A stretch of 52,489 bases of DNA from a virus (Duplodnaviria; Caudoviricetes): positions 1-52,489 of IMG/VR virus record IMGVR_UViG_3300018466_000002. One strand, written 5' to 3'. The position numbers and the translations under genes are program-made. This document shows, in pieces, positions 28,555-37,824 of the stretch (its first letter is position 1; each line of letters begins with the position of its first letter). Below the pieces are notes generated by a model. That model did no database searches, was not told where the DNA came from, and saw only the letters and a list, made by a program, of their open reading frames with translations.

Positions 28555-30804
28555 ATGAAGTCTTTACGTCTGGCGGTCCTCACGCTCGCCCTGTCTGCGC
28601 CCGCGCTCGCGCAGACCACCGTCGTGTGCTGCAACAACGGAACGTCGTCCGACTCGCCAACCTTCACCGGCGATCCGCAGGCACCGACCGCCGCGCGCGG
28701 CGACAATGACGACAGCGTAGCTACCACCGAGTTTGTGAACGCCGCAACGTTGCCCTCCGTCGAGATTCATGGGGTCGACTGCGCAGACAATGCGACCGAC
28801 GACGCCCCCGCGCTCTCCGCCGCGATCGTAGCGATGGCTCACTCGGGACGCCGCGTACCCGCCGACTGCACGATCAACATCAACTCGACCGTGCAGGTCA
28901 CAACGTCCAACTGGCACCTTGCCGGGGACGGCAGCGGGTGGGGCACAACGAACGGCCCGTACGTGAAGATCAACGGCAACATCACGGGCTTTGCGCTCGG
29001 AGATTCGTCGACGATCGTTGAAGGCATCAGGATCGAGGGGTTGAAGTTCTTCGGCGTCGCGGGCGGGACCTCGCAGCACGCCTTCGACCTCTCGTACGTG
29101 AAGAACAGTCACTGGATTTACGCGTTCTTCAACGGCTTCACGGCTCCGGCCATCATCGCTCAGTCGGGTGGTGTCGGCAGCGGGTTCTACAACAACTTCA
29201 CCTACTGCTGGTTCACCGCCAACGTGGGGCCCACGGTCTATCACACGAAGGGCGCGGCCGGCTTGGCCTTCCGGCACAGCTTCTGGGGGAACAACACGGT
29301 TGGGGCCGGGTACAACGCCGCCGACATCGATATCAGCGGGGTCTGGAACTTCGTCTGCGACTTCTGCGACTTTGAGACGAGCGCCGTGACCCGGGAAGTC
29401 ACGGCTGCCGTTCACATGAGCGGCGTGCTGGGAGCACGATTCGAGAACAGCCACTTCGAGACCCCCAGCGGCGTGTGGTGCAACGCCTTCGCGTGGGACG
29501 TGTGCCCCTCGGCTGTCTTCGAGAACAACAGCTTCACCACGGGCGTAGCCGCAACGTCCATTTGGGGGAACGGCTGGACAAAGGCGCGCGTATCCGGAAA
29601 CCACCAAAGCCTCCCCTCGGGCAGCATCGCATTCAAGAGCACCAACGCCACGGGAGGCAACGTTGTCACGGGGAACGTCTACTCGGCCGGCGTGACGAAC
29701 GTGCTGCAGCCCACGGACATCGACATGGACACGATCGGCAGATTCCGAGCTGACTTCACCAGCGGCACGCTCCTCAGCCGGTACGCAATCCAGTCCATCA
29801 CCACGAACGGCGCGACGAGCTTTTCGGTTCTTCCCAACGGCACGAGCACTGCCTCCGGCGTCGACACCTACTCCAACTCGGATCCGACGAACGCATCAGT
29901 CATGAGGATCGGGATCGACGGCACGGCCGGCTTCGTCGACAGCGCCATCTCTGGCTCCGGTACCTTGCTGCCGCTGCGAATCCGCATGAATGGCACCACG
30001 GCCATCGGCGTTGGCACCACAGGCAACGTGGGAATCCCGACACCTTCTGCGACGGCGGGCGTACTCCTGAGCGGAAGTGCCTCCCTGAACGGCGCCGCAA
30101 CGTTCGAGGTTGCGAATACCTCCAGTTCAGACCTGAACGCGTTGGGCAGGGTGAGCGCCAAGGCGGACACGTCCTCGGCGTTCATGCAAGCCCACGGGTC
30201 GGGTCGTACGGCCACGGGTTACGGCGTCAATCTGGCCGGCTACGCCGAGGTTATCGGCGCAACTGGAAACGGTCTTTTGGTGGGTACGTCCATCGCTACA
30301 CCCGTGATCTTCGGCAGTAACCGCCAGAGCGCCATGACGATCAACACGTCGAACAACCTGCTCGTGACCAACAGCATCGCCAGCATCAACGGCATCGCAA
30401 CCGCCGGAAGCACGGGCGGAGTCGCGCCAGTCGTCGGCAGCGTCAGCCTTTCAGGGCAGTCCGCGACGGTAGCCGCAACAAACGTGGTCACAGCAGCAGC
30501 AGCCGGTATGTACCGGGTCTGTTGGATGACTCAGGTGACCACGCCGGCGACAACCTCGTCATCCGTCGTCGTTACGGTCGGATGGAACAACGGCTCAGCC
30601 AAGACTTCGACGGTGGGGTCAGTGGATGGTGCCGTGTCGGTGGCTTCGGCGACGCCGTCCAACACCCTCAACTCGACGGCGAGCGGTTGCGCCGTGGTTA
30701 CCTCCGCCGCCGCGCAGGCGATCACGTACACGGCGACCTACGCATCCTCGGGAGCGACGGCCATGCAGTACGCACTGCGGGTAGTTGCCGAGCGGTTGCA
30801 GTAG
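28555..30804 (+). CDS. Tail fibre/tailspike-like beta-helix protein with signal peptide
   Basis: SD AGGAGG; fibre repeat SPTFTGDPQAPTA..VATTEFV; pectate-lyase-like start TDDAPALSAAI; Asn/Gly/Thr-rich. Confidence 0.7.
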   Translation: MKSLRLAVLTLALSAPALAQTTVVCCNNGTSSDSPTFTGDPQAPTAARGDNDDSVATTEFVNAATLPSVEIHGVDCADNATDDAPALSAAIVAMAHSGRRVPADCTININSTVQVTTSNWHLAGDGSGWGTTNGPYVKINGNITGFALGDSSTIVEGIRIEGLKFFGVAGGTSQHAFDLSYVKNSHWIYAFFNGFTAPAIIAQSGGVGSGFYNNFTYCWFTANVGPTVYHTKGAAGLAFRHSFWGNNTVGAGYNAADIDISGVWNFVCDFCDFETSAVTREVTAAVHMSGVLGARFENSHFETPSGVWCNAFAWDVCPSAVFENNSFTTGVAATSIWGNGWTKARVSGNHQSLPSGSIAFKSTNATGGNVVTGNVYSAGVTNVLQPTDIDMDTIGRFRADFTSGTLLSRYAIQSITTNGATSFSVLPNGTSTASGVDTYSNSDPTNASVMRIGIDGTAGFVDSAISGSGTLLPLRIRMNGTTAIGVGTTGNVGIPTPSATAGVLLSGSASLNGAATFEVANTSSSDLNALGRVSAKADTSSAFMQAHGSGRTATGYGVNLAGYAEVIGATGNGLLVGTSIATPVIFGSNRQSAMTINTSNNLLVTNSIASINGIATAGSTGGVAPVVGSVSLSGQSATVAATNVVTAAAAGMYRVCWMTQVTTPATTSSSVVVTVGWNNGSAKTSTVGSVDGAVSVASATPSNTLNSTASGCAVVTSAAAQAITYTATYASSGATAMQYALRVVAERLQ

Positions 30805-30822
30805 TGTGATACACTCCGCACC

Positions 30823-31062
30823 ATGAAACTGCGCCTGAAGAAAGACCTCGTCATCCCGGCCGGAACGGTCATGAGTTCGGACGGCGTGCCCGCGAAGACC
30901 GTGCGCAACCCGCTCGGGAACGTGATGCATGATCTGGAATTCGGGGCAAATGCCACCGGACGCCTGTACATCGGGCACGAGGTGGGTGATCCCGGCTTCG
31001 ATGAGTGGTTCGAGCAGGTCGTACCTGAGGGGTGGGAGCCTCCGAAACGCCACGAACCGTAA
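30823..31062 (+). CDS. Hypothetical protein
   Basis: GTGATACACT-CCGCACC-ATG element at 30806. Confidence 0.65.
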   Translation: MKLRLKKDLVIPAGTVMSSDGVPAKTVRNPLGNVMHDLEFGANATGRLYIGHEVGDPGFDEWFEQVVPEGWEPPKRHEP

Positions 31063-31063
31063 A

Positions 31064-31207
31064 CACGGCAGCCACGAAGCTCAACCCGACCAGAGCGGGA
31101 GCGGATTCACCCGGAACGCCCCGGATCGTGAAAGCGGTTCGGGCGTTCCTCTTTGGGGCGCGTCAGGTTGATCCTGATGCTGCGTCGGGTTCAAGGTGGA
31201 ATCCGTG
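31064..31207 (+). ncRNA. Candidate structured RNA (rod with central bubble)
   Basis: Nested helices CACGG/CCGTG, CCAC/GTGG, AACCCGAC/GTCGGGTT; GAAA-capped apical stem; side hairpin. Confidence 0.45.
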
Positions 31208-31230
31208 CAGGCAGGAGTACAATCCGCTGC

Positions 31231-31449
31231 ATGGCCACCATCGAAGACTTCGAGACGTACGTGGCGAGTCGCGGCTTCACCCTCCCGGACTACCATCGAG
31301 CCTTCGCCGAGGCTGCCCTCACGACCGATGGAATCCTCGCGCTGGCCGAGTTCCTGACGCAGGGCAGTGAGTCGGGACGCACCGTCCTCCTCACTCTGAT
31401 CGAAGACTTCCGGACGATGGACGCTGGTGTAGACTCCACACATGGCTGA
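31231..31449 (+). CDS. Hypothetical protein
   Basis: TACAAT-N7-ATG; overlaps the endolysin start. Confidence 0.6.
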   Translation: MATIEDFETYVASRGFTLPDYHRAFAEAALTTDGILALAEFLTQGSESGRTVLLTLIEDFRTMDAGVDSTHG

Positions 31450-31849
31450 CTGGCGCCTCGCGATGTCCCTCATGAAGTTGCGCGAGCAGGTAGACCACCT
31501 GTTCCCGAACCGGTCCAAGGCCAGCGACGGGACGATCGGTAACGCGGCTCACGCGGCGAACAAGTCGGACCACAACCCGAACGCGGCCGGCATCGTATGC
31601 GCATGGGACGTCACGCACTCCCCGGTCACAGGATGCAACGCGGGCCATCTTGTCGAGGCGCTACGGAAGTCGCGCGATCCTCGCATCAAGTACGTGATCT
31701 TCAACCGGCGAATGTTCAGCTCGTACCCATCCGGTGGCGTAGCGCCGTGGACGTGGCGCAAGTACACGGGTGAGAATCCACACGACAAGCACGCGCACGT
31801 CTCGGTGGGCACGAACGTGGACGACGCGCGGGAATGGGTGCTCGCTTGA
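31442..31849 (+). CDS. Endolysin, M15-like Zn peptidase
   Basis: SDGTIGNAAH..SDHNP..CAWD..YVIFNRR..YTGENPHDKHAHVS (H, D, HxH ligands). Confidence 0.75.
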   Translation: MADWRLAMSLMKLREQVDHLFPNRSKASDGTIGNAAHAANKSDHNPNAAGIVCAWDVTHSPVTGCNAGHLVEALRKSRDPRIKYVIFNRRMFSSYPSGGVAPWTWRKYTGENPHDKHAHVSVGTNVDDAREWVLA

Positions 31850-31871
31850 AAGACGACGAAGGGGTGATTCG

Positions 31872-32165
31872 ATGCGGCAACTTCTCACGGTAACTCTGGC
31901 GGTTCTCATGTCCTCGTGCACGCTCGTCGACCTGAACGAGCACCGATACTGCGAAGGCGCGTACGAGCTTTACTGCTCTCAGATCGAGATCGCGGAGGAC
32001 AACGCGGCGCCTGACGCGGATCGTGCTGAGATGCGCCGCATCAAGCGCGCGTTCCGTGAAGCGCAGTCGCGTTTCAACCACCGCGAACTGCAGGACTTCG
32101 TGATCGAAATGGAGTGTGCCGCGAAAAGTATGCCGTGGTGTGGTGACTCGGCGGTGACGCCGTGA
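31872..32165 (+). CDS. Predicted lipoprotein
   Basis: MRQLLTVTLAVLMSSC lipobox; in the lysis cluster. Confidence 0.6.
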   Translation: MRQLLTVTLAVLMSSCTLVDLNEHRYCEGAYELYCSQIEIAEDNAAPDADRAEMRRIKRAFREAQSRFNHRELQDFVIEMECAAKSMPWCGDSAVTP

Positions 32166-32626
32166 GGCGGGTGTTCGCGCTGGTCCTGATCGTCGTCCTC
32201 CCGGGCTGCTCATGGTTCCGCAATCTGGACCACGGCGATGCGAAAGCCAACGCCGTGCAGGCCCTCGTGACCACGACGCGATCGGCAGTTCTGCTCATGA
32301 CAGCAGCGGGACTCGCGTACGACGCTGGCGCATTCGGCGCACCCGGCACTCCGCGCGCCGAGGACACATGGGGCAAGATCGCGGCCGAGTCCGTGCGGAT
32401 GAGTGAAGCGCTTTCCGCGTGGTCTGAAGCGATCAGGGTGGGCGGAGAGACGAGCGCATTTGCGACAATGGTAGGGACGGCCCTTGCCGTTATTCAGGCG
32501 CTTCTTCCCACGCGCAACGTGGGCCTGCACATGCCCGCCGGCACAGTGGCTGAGTGGCGGGCGAAGCTGGCCTGCCCGTCGTCGTCGTTCCGCATGCAGC
32601 CAGCGATGGCCGGAGGTGCCAGATGA
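32162..32626 (+). CDS. Predicted lipoprotein (spanin-like position)
   Basis: MRRVFALVLIVVLPGC lipobox; helical. Confidence 0.6.
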   Translation: MRRVFALVLIVVLPGCSWFRNLDHGDAKANAVQALVTTTRSAVLLMTAAGLAYDAGAFGAPGTPRAEDTWGKIAAESVRMSEALSAWSEAIRVGGETSAFATMVGTALAVIQALLPTRNVGLHMPAGTVAEWRAKLACPSSSFRMQPAMAGGAR

Positions 32627-32838
32627 AAACGCTCGTCACGTTCCTCGGGCTCGTGATGCCGCAACTTGCGCCCGTTCTGGCCGGCGCTCCTGAACTGGTC
32701 GGACTGTTCCGCCACGCGTTCAAAAAGGTGGGCGGCAAGGATGCCGACTTCGATGCCATTCTCGCCGCGAACCAGAAGGACATTGACCGACTGAAGAATC
32801 CGGACAGCTTCAGGACGAAGGGGCCGAGAAAGCCGTGA
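32623..32838 (+). CDS. Small membrane-associated protein (lysis cluster)
   Basis: SD GGAGG; hydrophobic N-terminus, charged tail. Confidence 0.55.
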   Translation: MKTLVTFLGLVMPQLAPVLAGAPELVGLFRHAFKKVGGKDADFDAILAANQKDIDRLKNPDSFRTKGPRKP

Positions 32839-33275
32839 AGCATTGGCGGTCAGCGTTGTACGTTGCGGCGTGGGTAGTAGCGCTGGCGCTGTTCTTCGCA
32901 GCCCCGTTGCTCGCCCAACCGTTCCGCGTCTGCTCCGATCCCCGCACCCACAGTTACATCTGGAGTGACGCCGCTGAGTGCAACGAAGTCACCACACTCT
33001 CCACGTACCCGTGTGACCTGATCCGGAACCTACCGCACTGCGAGCCGCCGGCCACGGCGACGTTTCGAGGGTACGCTGTTCCGTTCGATGCGCCCGTCCG
33101 TTTCGCTGGCGTCACGAGGGAGCATGGCCGGACGTACTGGACGTGGCTCAAGGCTGGCGATCCGTCGCGGCCGTGCACCGCTGCCGAGGCGTCAGAGCAG
33201 GCGAGTTACGGGCGCGCGTGTGCCGCGCGCGCAGGGGATGTTCTGTTCCTCACGGTGCCGGTGTACGTGCCGTGA
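32835..33275 (+). CDS. Exported Cys-rich protein
   Basis: Signal peptide ending PLLA-Q; six Cys. Confidence 0.6.
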   Translation: MKHWRSALYVAAWVVALALFFAAPLLAQPFRVCSDPRTHSYIWSDAAECNEVTTLSTYPCDLIRNLPHCEPPATATFRGYAVPFDAPVRFAGVTREHGRTYWTWLKAGDPSRPCTAAEASEQASYGRACAARAGDVLFLTVPVYVP

Positions 33276-33288
33276 TACACTGCGCCGC

Positions 33289-33507
33289 ATGGCAATCTTT
33301 GAGCACGAACTCGACAACCCCGAAATGCACGATACGCTGAACAAACTCGGCGGCGTGGTTGGAAACGCGCTGCCGGAGGGATGGGGGTTCACGCTGCTCC
33401 TGTTCAGTTACGGCCCAGACGGGCAACTCTTCTACATCTCATCCGCGCAGCGTGCCGACGTGCTGAACATGATGCGCGAGTTTCTGCAAAGGGCAGGGGT
33501 GAACTGA
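33289..33507 (+). CDS. Hypothetical protein
   Basis: Element at 33272 overlapping the upstream TGA; GFTLLLF..YISSAQRADV pattern. Confidence 0.65.
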   Translation: MAIFEHELDNPEMHDTLNKLGGVVGNALPEGWGFTLLLFSYGPDGQLFYISSAQRADVLNMMREFLQRAGVN

Positions 33508-33728
33508 TGGACCCGAGATCAGGACGTATCGCATCCGAGGAAGTGCTTGCGCGGATGACGCGCGAGGAGCGCAGCAAGTACAGCGTGCCCGTGGAACCGT
33601 CCGCACTCACGCCGCTTCAGACGCGGCAACTCCGCCGCACCGGCGAGGCGCGCGCGTTCAAGAATTCCAAGTGCCCGTGCGGGAGCGGCAAACGCTTCAA
33701 GTCCTGCCACATGGCGCGGAAGTCGTGA
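33507..33728 (+). CDS. SEC-C motif protein
   Basis: NSKCPCGSGKRFKSCH. Confidence 0.75.
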   Translation: MDPRSGRIASEEVLARMTREERSKYSVPVEPSALTPLQTRQLRRTGEARAFKNSKCPCGSGKRFKSCHMARKS

Positions 33729-33970
33729 AGTTCTTCGGACGCCGGACGCCCTACTCTGAGACCGGCATCATGCGCGTGCCGTGTTGCAGATGCGGCAAGC
33801 CCGCCATTCATCAGTGGCAGGTCTGCGCCAACGGGAACCGGTACGTGCCCGTCTGCCTCGATTGCGACATCGCCATCAACGCGCTCGTGCTGGAGTTCAT
33901 GAAGATCCCGCAGGCGGCGGATCTCATGCGCCGGTACGAGACGCTGCAGCGGGCGGCGGGGAAGACCTGA
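33725..33970 (+). CDS. Zn-finger hypothetical protein
   Basis: GTGA coupling; CCRC..CLDC. Confidence 0.55.
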   Translation: MKFFGRRTPYSETGIMRVPCCRCGKPAIHQWQVCANGNRYVPVCLDCDIAINALVLEFMKIPQAADLMRRYETLQRAAGKT

Positions 33971-34396
33971 ATGCGCGCCAAGCCGCGCCACTTCATCGTC
34001 GGGATGGGCGGCTACCCCGTGTCCGTCGTCGTCACGGTCGGATACCGCATCGACGAGATCGGCGCCCTGCTGCAGCGCAACCGGCTGAACATTACCGAAC
34101 GAGACATAGATGCGCTGACGAGTAACGTCAGCAACTCCCTCCGCGCGCGCACGATCTTGTTCGAAAGCGGTCACGCGCTGATCGCGCTCGCAGAGTGGGA
34201 TGGCAGCGTGCTGTGCCACGGCGATCTCGCGCACGAAGTCTTTCACGCCGTGGCGAAGGTGTTTCGCCACTCGCTCGGAATCCATCTGACCTCCGAGAGC
34301 GAAGAGGCGTGGGCGTACGCGATCGACGATCTCACGCAGTCCATCATGGCGAAACTCCAGCCACCGAAGAAGCCCGCCCCGAAACGCAACCGTTGA
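33971..34396 (+). CDS. HExxH metallopeptidase-like protein
   Basis: LAHEVFHAV...SEEAWAY. Confidence 0.65.
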   Translation: MRAKPRHFIVGMGGYPVSVVVTVGYRIDEIGALLQRNRLNITERDIDALTSNVSNSLRARTILFESGHALIALAEWDGSVLCHGDLAHEVFHAVAKVFRHSLGIHLTSESEEAWAYAIDDLTQSIMAKLQPPKKPAPKRNR

Positions 34397-34430
34397 CTCT
34401 CCGCGCATCTGTGCTACACTGCGCAGCATG
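34393..34430 (+). promoter_or_regulatory. Sigma70-type promoter with conserved element
   Basis: TTGACT-N16-TACACT (TG extended)-GCGCAGC-ATG(34428). Confidence 0.75.
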
Positions 34431-35570
34431 ACGAACGAAACGACGATTACGGGGACCATTGGAGAGGTAGAAACTGCCGTGCACCGCCTGCTCGCCGAGA
34501 TGGTTGCGGATCGTGCGCAGCGCATCAGTTTCAGCGCGCTTCTGGACGATTCGGCCGGCGATGGTGTGACGTTGGCGGAGGGAATCAGCTTTCTCACGAA
34601 GTACTCGCCGACGTGGGGTGGATTCGCGAATCCGAGCACGGGCGGCGCCTCATGAAATTCGAGATTGAGATTCCCGACGCCGAACTGCGCAACGCGATCT
34701 ATCAGAACGGCTACGGGGTACTGAAGTCGGCGAAGGTGCCGGAGATGATCCGCGCGGCGGCGTCCGATCAGATCGGGAGGGCCATCGCGGAAATGGACAT
34801 CAGCGCCGCTGTCAAGGACGAGATCGACGCGACCGTGGCCAAGATCATCCAGAACGGCGTCAACGGTCGACTGCGCGCGATTATCCGCCCCCTCATTGAG
34901 CAAGAGTGCGAGCGCCTTCGCGGGGAAGCGGCGATTGCCAAGGCGACACCAGTATGACTCTCCAAGACTTCATCTTCTACGACGGCAACCGCCTGCTCCT
35001 GAAAGTCGCCGTCGACGATCTGCGCCTGCTGATCGCGTCGGGCGATGTGGTGATCGCTGGCGAGACTGATGGGGCGGTGACGGCGCCGACCTGCACCGGT
35101 TGCGGACATCCGTTCAGCGCGTGGGCGTGGGCACTCGCCATCACGGCCGCGATCGACCTGTCTCCGGACGTGTTCGAAGCTATCGCCCGATCAAAGACGC
35201 TCAAAGCGGAGAACGCGGAACTGCGCGAGCGCCTATCCAACCTGCACCACAACGCGGACAACTTCATCGCCACGATCCAACCCAAAGGCGGTGCATCATG
35301 AAAGCCGACATGTCCTTCCTCGAACGCGGCTACGTCGCGAACCTGTACCGCATCCGTGCAGCGCATCAGCGTTCGCTCGCGTCCACACGCACAGCATCGG
35401 CCACGCGTCAGGAGTTGGAAGCGGAGGCGGCATGGTGCGAGCAGCAGGCGCTCAAGCTCGACGACGCCGAGGAGACCACAACGGCCAGCGAGAAAGAGCC
35501 GATCAAGGCGAACCCGCGACTGGACATTGACGCGGTGGACAAGCCGGCGGGGAACGGGGTGCACTCGTGA
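34428..35570 (+). other. Operon of four small coupled hypothetical genes (34428-34655, 34652-34957, 34954-35301, 35298-35570)
   Basis: Successive ATGA overlaps. Confidence 0.6.
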
Positions 35571-35902
35571 GGCAGGTTGCGGACTGGCCTGACGGTACGG
35601 TGTGCGGCGCCGTCTTCAGCGACGATCTTCAGCACCGGTACCTGCTGTTCCGCATTCTTCCCGACGCGCCGAAGCTGTTCCTCGGTACGCGCCCACGCTT
35701 CCCGCTGTTCCTGATGCTGAACCCGAGCACGGCCACACACGAGCAGACTGACCCAACGGTGACGAGATGCGCGGGCTTCGCGAAGGCGTGGGGATACGGC
35801 TCGTTGACGCTGTATCATGGCCAGCGATGGCCAACGTCGTCTCCATCTTCAACCGGGGCATCGTGCCAACGTCGGACGCGGCGCGCGAACGTGCGGACCT
35901 GA
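35567..35902 (+). pseudogene. Truncated DUF1643-family protein
   Basis: GAVFS..HRYLL.R..FLMLNPSTA..TDPTVTRCAGFAKAWGYGSL; similarity ends near 35810 where the portal promoter starts. Confidence 0.7.
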
Positions 35903-37389
35903 AGCGCACCCTCCTCGAATCCTCGTACACGCGCGAAATCTACGGCCCCGGCGTGGACGAGTGGGATGTCAAGCCCGACGATCTCATGCCGGACCCCGAC
36001 GAGATGCAGTCGCGGTGGGGATTCGCGGACGACACGGTCTTTGACGACATGGCCGGGAACGTCCTCCCGTACGGCGGCTTCGTCGAAGGGCGGATGGATG
36101 TTTCGATGTCCCTCAAGCTCTCCTTTTTGGTCGGTGTGAAGGGTGACAAGGAATCCGAGGAAGCGCGGGACGAGATCGAAGCCTGCTACAACGCCATCCC
36201 CGAAAGGTTCACCGTTGAGCGCGAGATGTGCCGCGCCGCCGAGCGCGGATTCATGGGCGCCGAGAACGTCTTCGGCGTGCAGAGCATCGGGCCGGCGAAG
36301 GGACTCGTGACCATCGTTGAGATGTTCAACCGCCCGCGCAAGATGTTCGCGTTCGACTGGCGCAATCGGCCGTGGTTCAAGCCGCACGGCCGCATCGACA
36401 CGCCCACGCGCATTGACGACTACAAGGTGACTTTTTCCCGCCAAGGCTCGCTCCACACGAAATACGGCAGCGGGTACGGGCAGCGCTGCTACCCCACCGT
36501 GTTTGCCATTGACCGGATGATGAAGCAGCACATGGCCGCAGTTGAGCGCGCGTCGTGGATGCCGATCATCGTCAAGCACCCGCGCAAGTGGGACGAACGC
36601 CGCCGCCGCGCGGAATACGCCATCTTCAAATCGCAGTGGAAGAACGTCCTGCTTGTGCCTGCGGATGTGGACGAGGCCACGCCGGTACCGCTCAGTGACA
36701 GCCTCGCCACGCATGAGTACACGGGCAACGCCAGAATGGAACTGATCCGCGAACTCGTCTCCGCCCTCGCCGGCTTCATTCGAGGATCGCAGCTCAGCTC
36801 TGGCAACCAACAGGAAGGCTCTTACGCGCGCGACGTGAACGCCGATTCGGCGCAGCTCTGGAAGGCGCCCACCGACGCGGCGGCACGCGAGGCGATGTGG
36901 AACCGCGGCCTGATCGAGCCGACGATGCTCGCCAACCGTCCGAACATGGACCGCGCGAAGTGGCCGCGGTGCTCGGTCGACGCATCCTTCGGTGAGGATC
37001 TCCGCCTCTTCATGGAACTCTGCGAGCAGGGCGCGCGGAACGGGGTGCGCATTGCCACGGTGACATGGTCCGAGCGGACCGGAATCCCCATCGCGTCCGA
37101 CGATGAGCCGAACGTGCTGACCGTCCCGCAGGCGCCATCCGTTGCCCCGCTGCTTCCTGACGGCATGGCTGCGGACGAGTTCGAAGATCCGACCACGGGC
37201 GCCGTACGTCGCATGAGCGAACCGGCATCCATCCGCATCCGGTTGGAAGATGGCCGGGTTGCTTGGATGCGTCCCTCCGCGCCCGTCCTCACGGACAAGG
37301 GGATCGTGATGGCGAAGCACTGCGTCGGCGGGGGAGCGGTGAAGCTGCTCAGCGCTGGCGCGCAGAAGTTCGGGCGCGCGGCTTCGTGA
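35827..37389 (+). CDS. Portal protein (Mu gp29/DUF935-like)
   Basis: ~520 aa upstream of MuF; GFMGAE.V, YGSGYG..CY, MPIIVKHP, GSYA motifs; TATCAT-N8-ATG. Confidence 0.75.
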   Translation: MANVVSIFNRGIVPTSDAARERADLKRTLLESSYTREIYGPGVDEWDVKPDDLMPDPDEMQSRWGFADDTVFDDMAGNVLPYGGFVEGRMDVSMSLKLSFLVGVKGDKESEEARDEIEACYNAIPERFTVEREMCRAAERGFMGAENVFGVQSIGPAKGLVTIVEMFNRPRKMFAFDWRNRPWFKPHGRIDTPTRIDDYKVTFSRQGSLHTKYGSGYGQRCYPTVFAIDRMMKQHMAAVERASWMPIIVKHPRKWDERRRRAEYAIFKSQWKNVLLVPADVDEATPVPLSDSLATHEYTGNARMELIRELVSALAGFIRGSQLSSGNQQEGSYARDVNADSAQLWKAPTDAAAREAMWNRGLIEPTMLANRPNMDRAKWPRCSVDASFGEDLRLFMELCEQGARNGVRIATVTWSERTGIPIASDDEPNVLTVPQAPSVAPLLPDGMAADEFEDPTTGAVRRMSEPASIRIRLEDGRVAWMRPSAPVLTDKGIVMAKHCVGGGAVKLLSAGAQKFGRAAS

Positions 37390-37781
37390 TACAATACGGT
37401 GCATGCCGGCATGGCGCGCGAGTGCGATCAGAATGCCGTGAGTGCGAGCGGGCTTATCAGCGTGAATGGTCCTCGAAACATAGAAGCGCATGTAGCGCAT
37501 GCGGCACGCCACTCACGGAGCGCGGCTCGTTGCGACGAATCTGCCGCACATGTCACCCTGTGCGGGTCGCCACTCCGAAGGCGCCACCGACGCACTGCCC
37601 GGCCGGACATGAGCGTACGCCCGAGAGCTGGCGTCCATACGGCGGAAAGAAACGTTGCGTACCGTGCCAGAACGCGCGCAACCGTGCATGGAAGGATGCG
37701 CACCCCGACGCGGTCGCGGCAATGGACCGCAAAGCGCAGCGGCGCTACCTCGCGAAGAAGAGGGCCGAGCGGTCTCGGTAA
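37386..37781 (+). CDS. Cys-rich protein resembling HNH-associated Zn-binding domains (possibly a remnant)
   Basis: CxxC repeats and THCPAGH....KRCVPC; no HNH core; start uncertain. Confidence 0.5.
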   Translation: MIQYGACRHGARVRSECRECERAYQREWSSKHRSACSACGTPLTERGSLRRICRTCHPVRVATPKAPPTHCPAGHERTPESWRPYGGKKRCVPCQNARNRAWKDAHPDAVAAMDRKAQRRYLAKKRAERSR

Positions 37782-37824
37782 AGGCTTGGACGCATCCGCC
37801 CGCATCGCAAAGTAACATCTTCGC

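Noticed and set aside
28555-30804. Diversity-generating retroelement target
   Set aside because: No reverse transcriptase, and I saw no template/variable repeat pair
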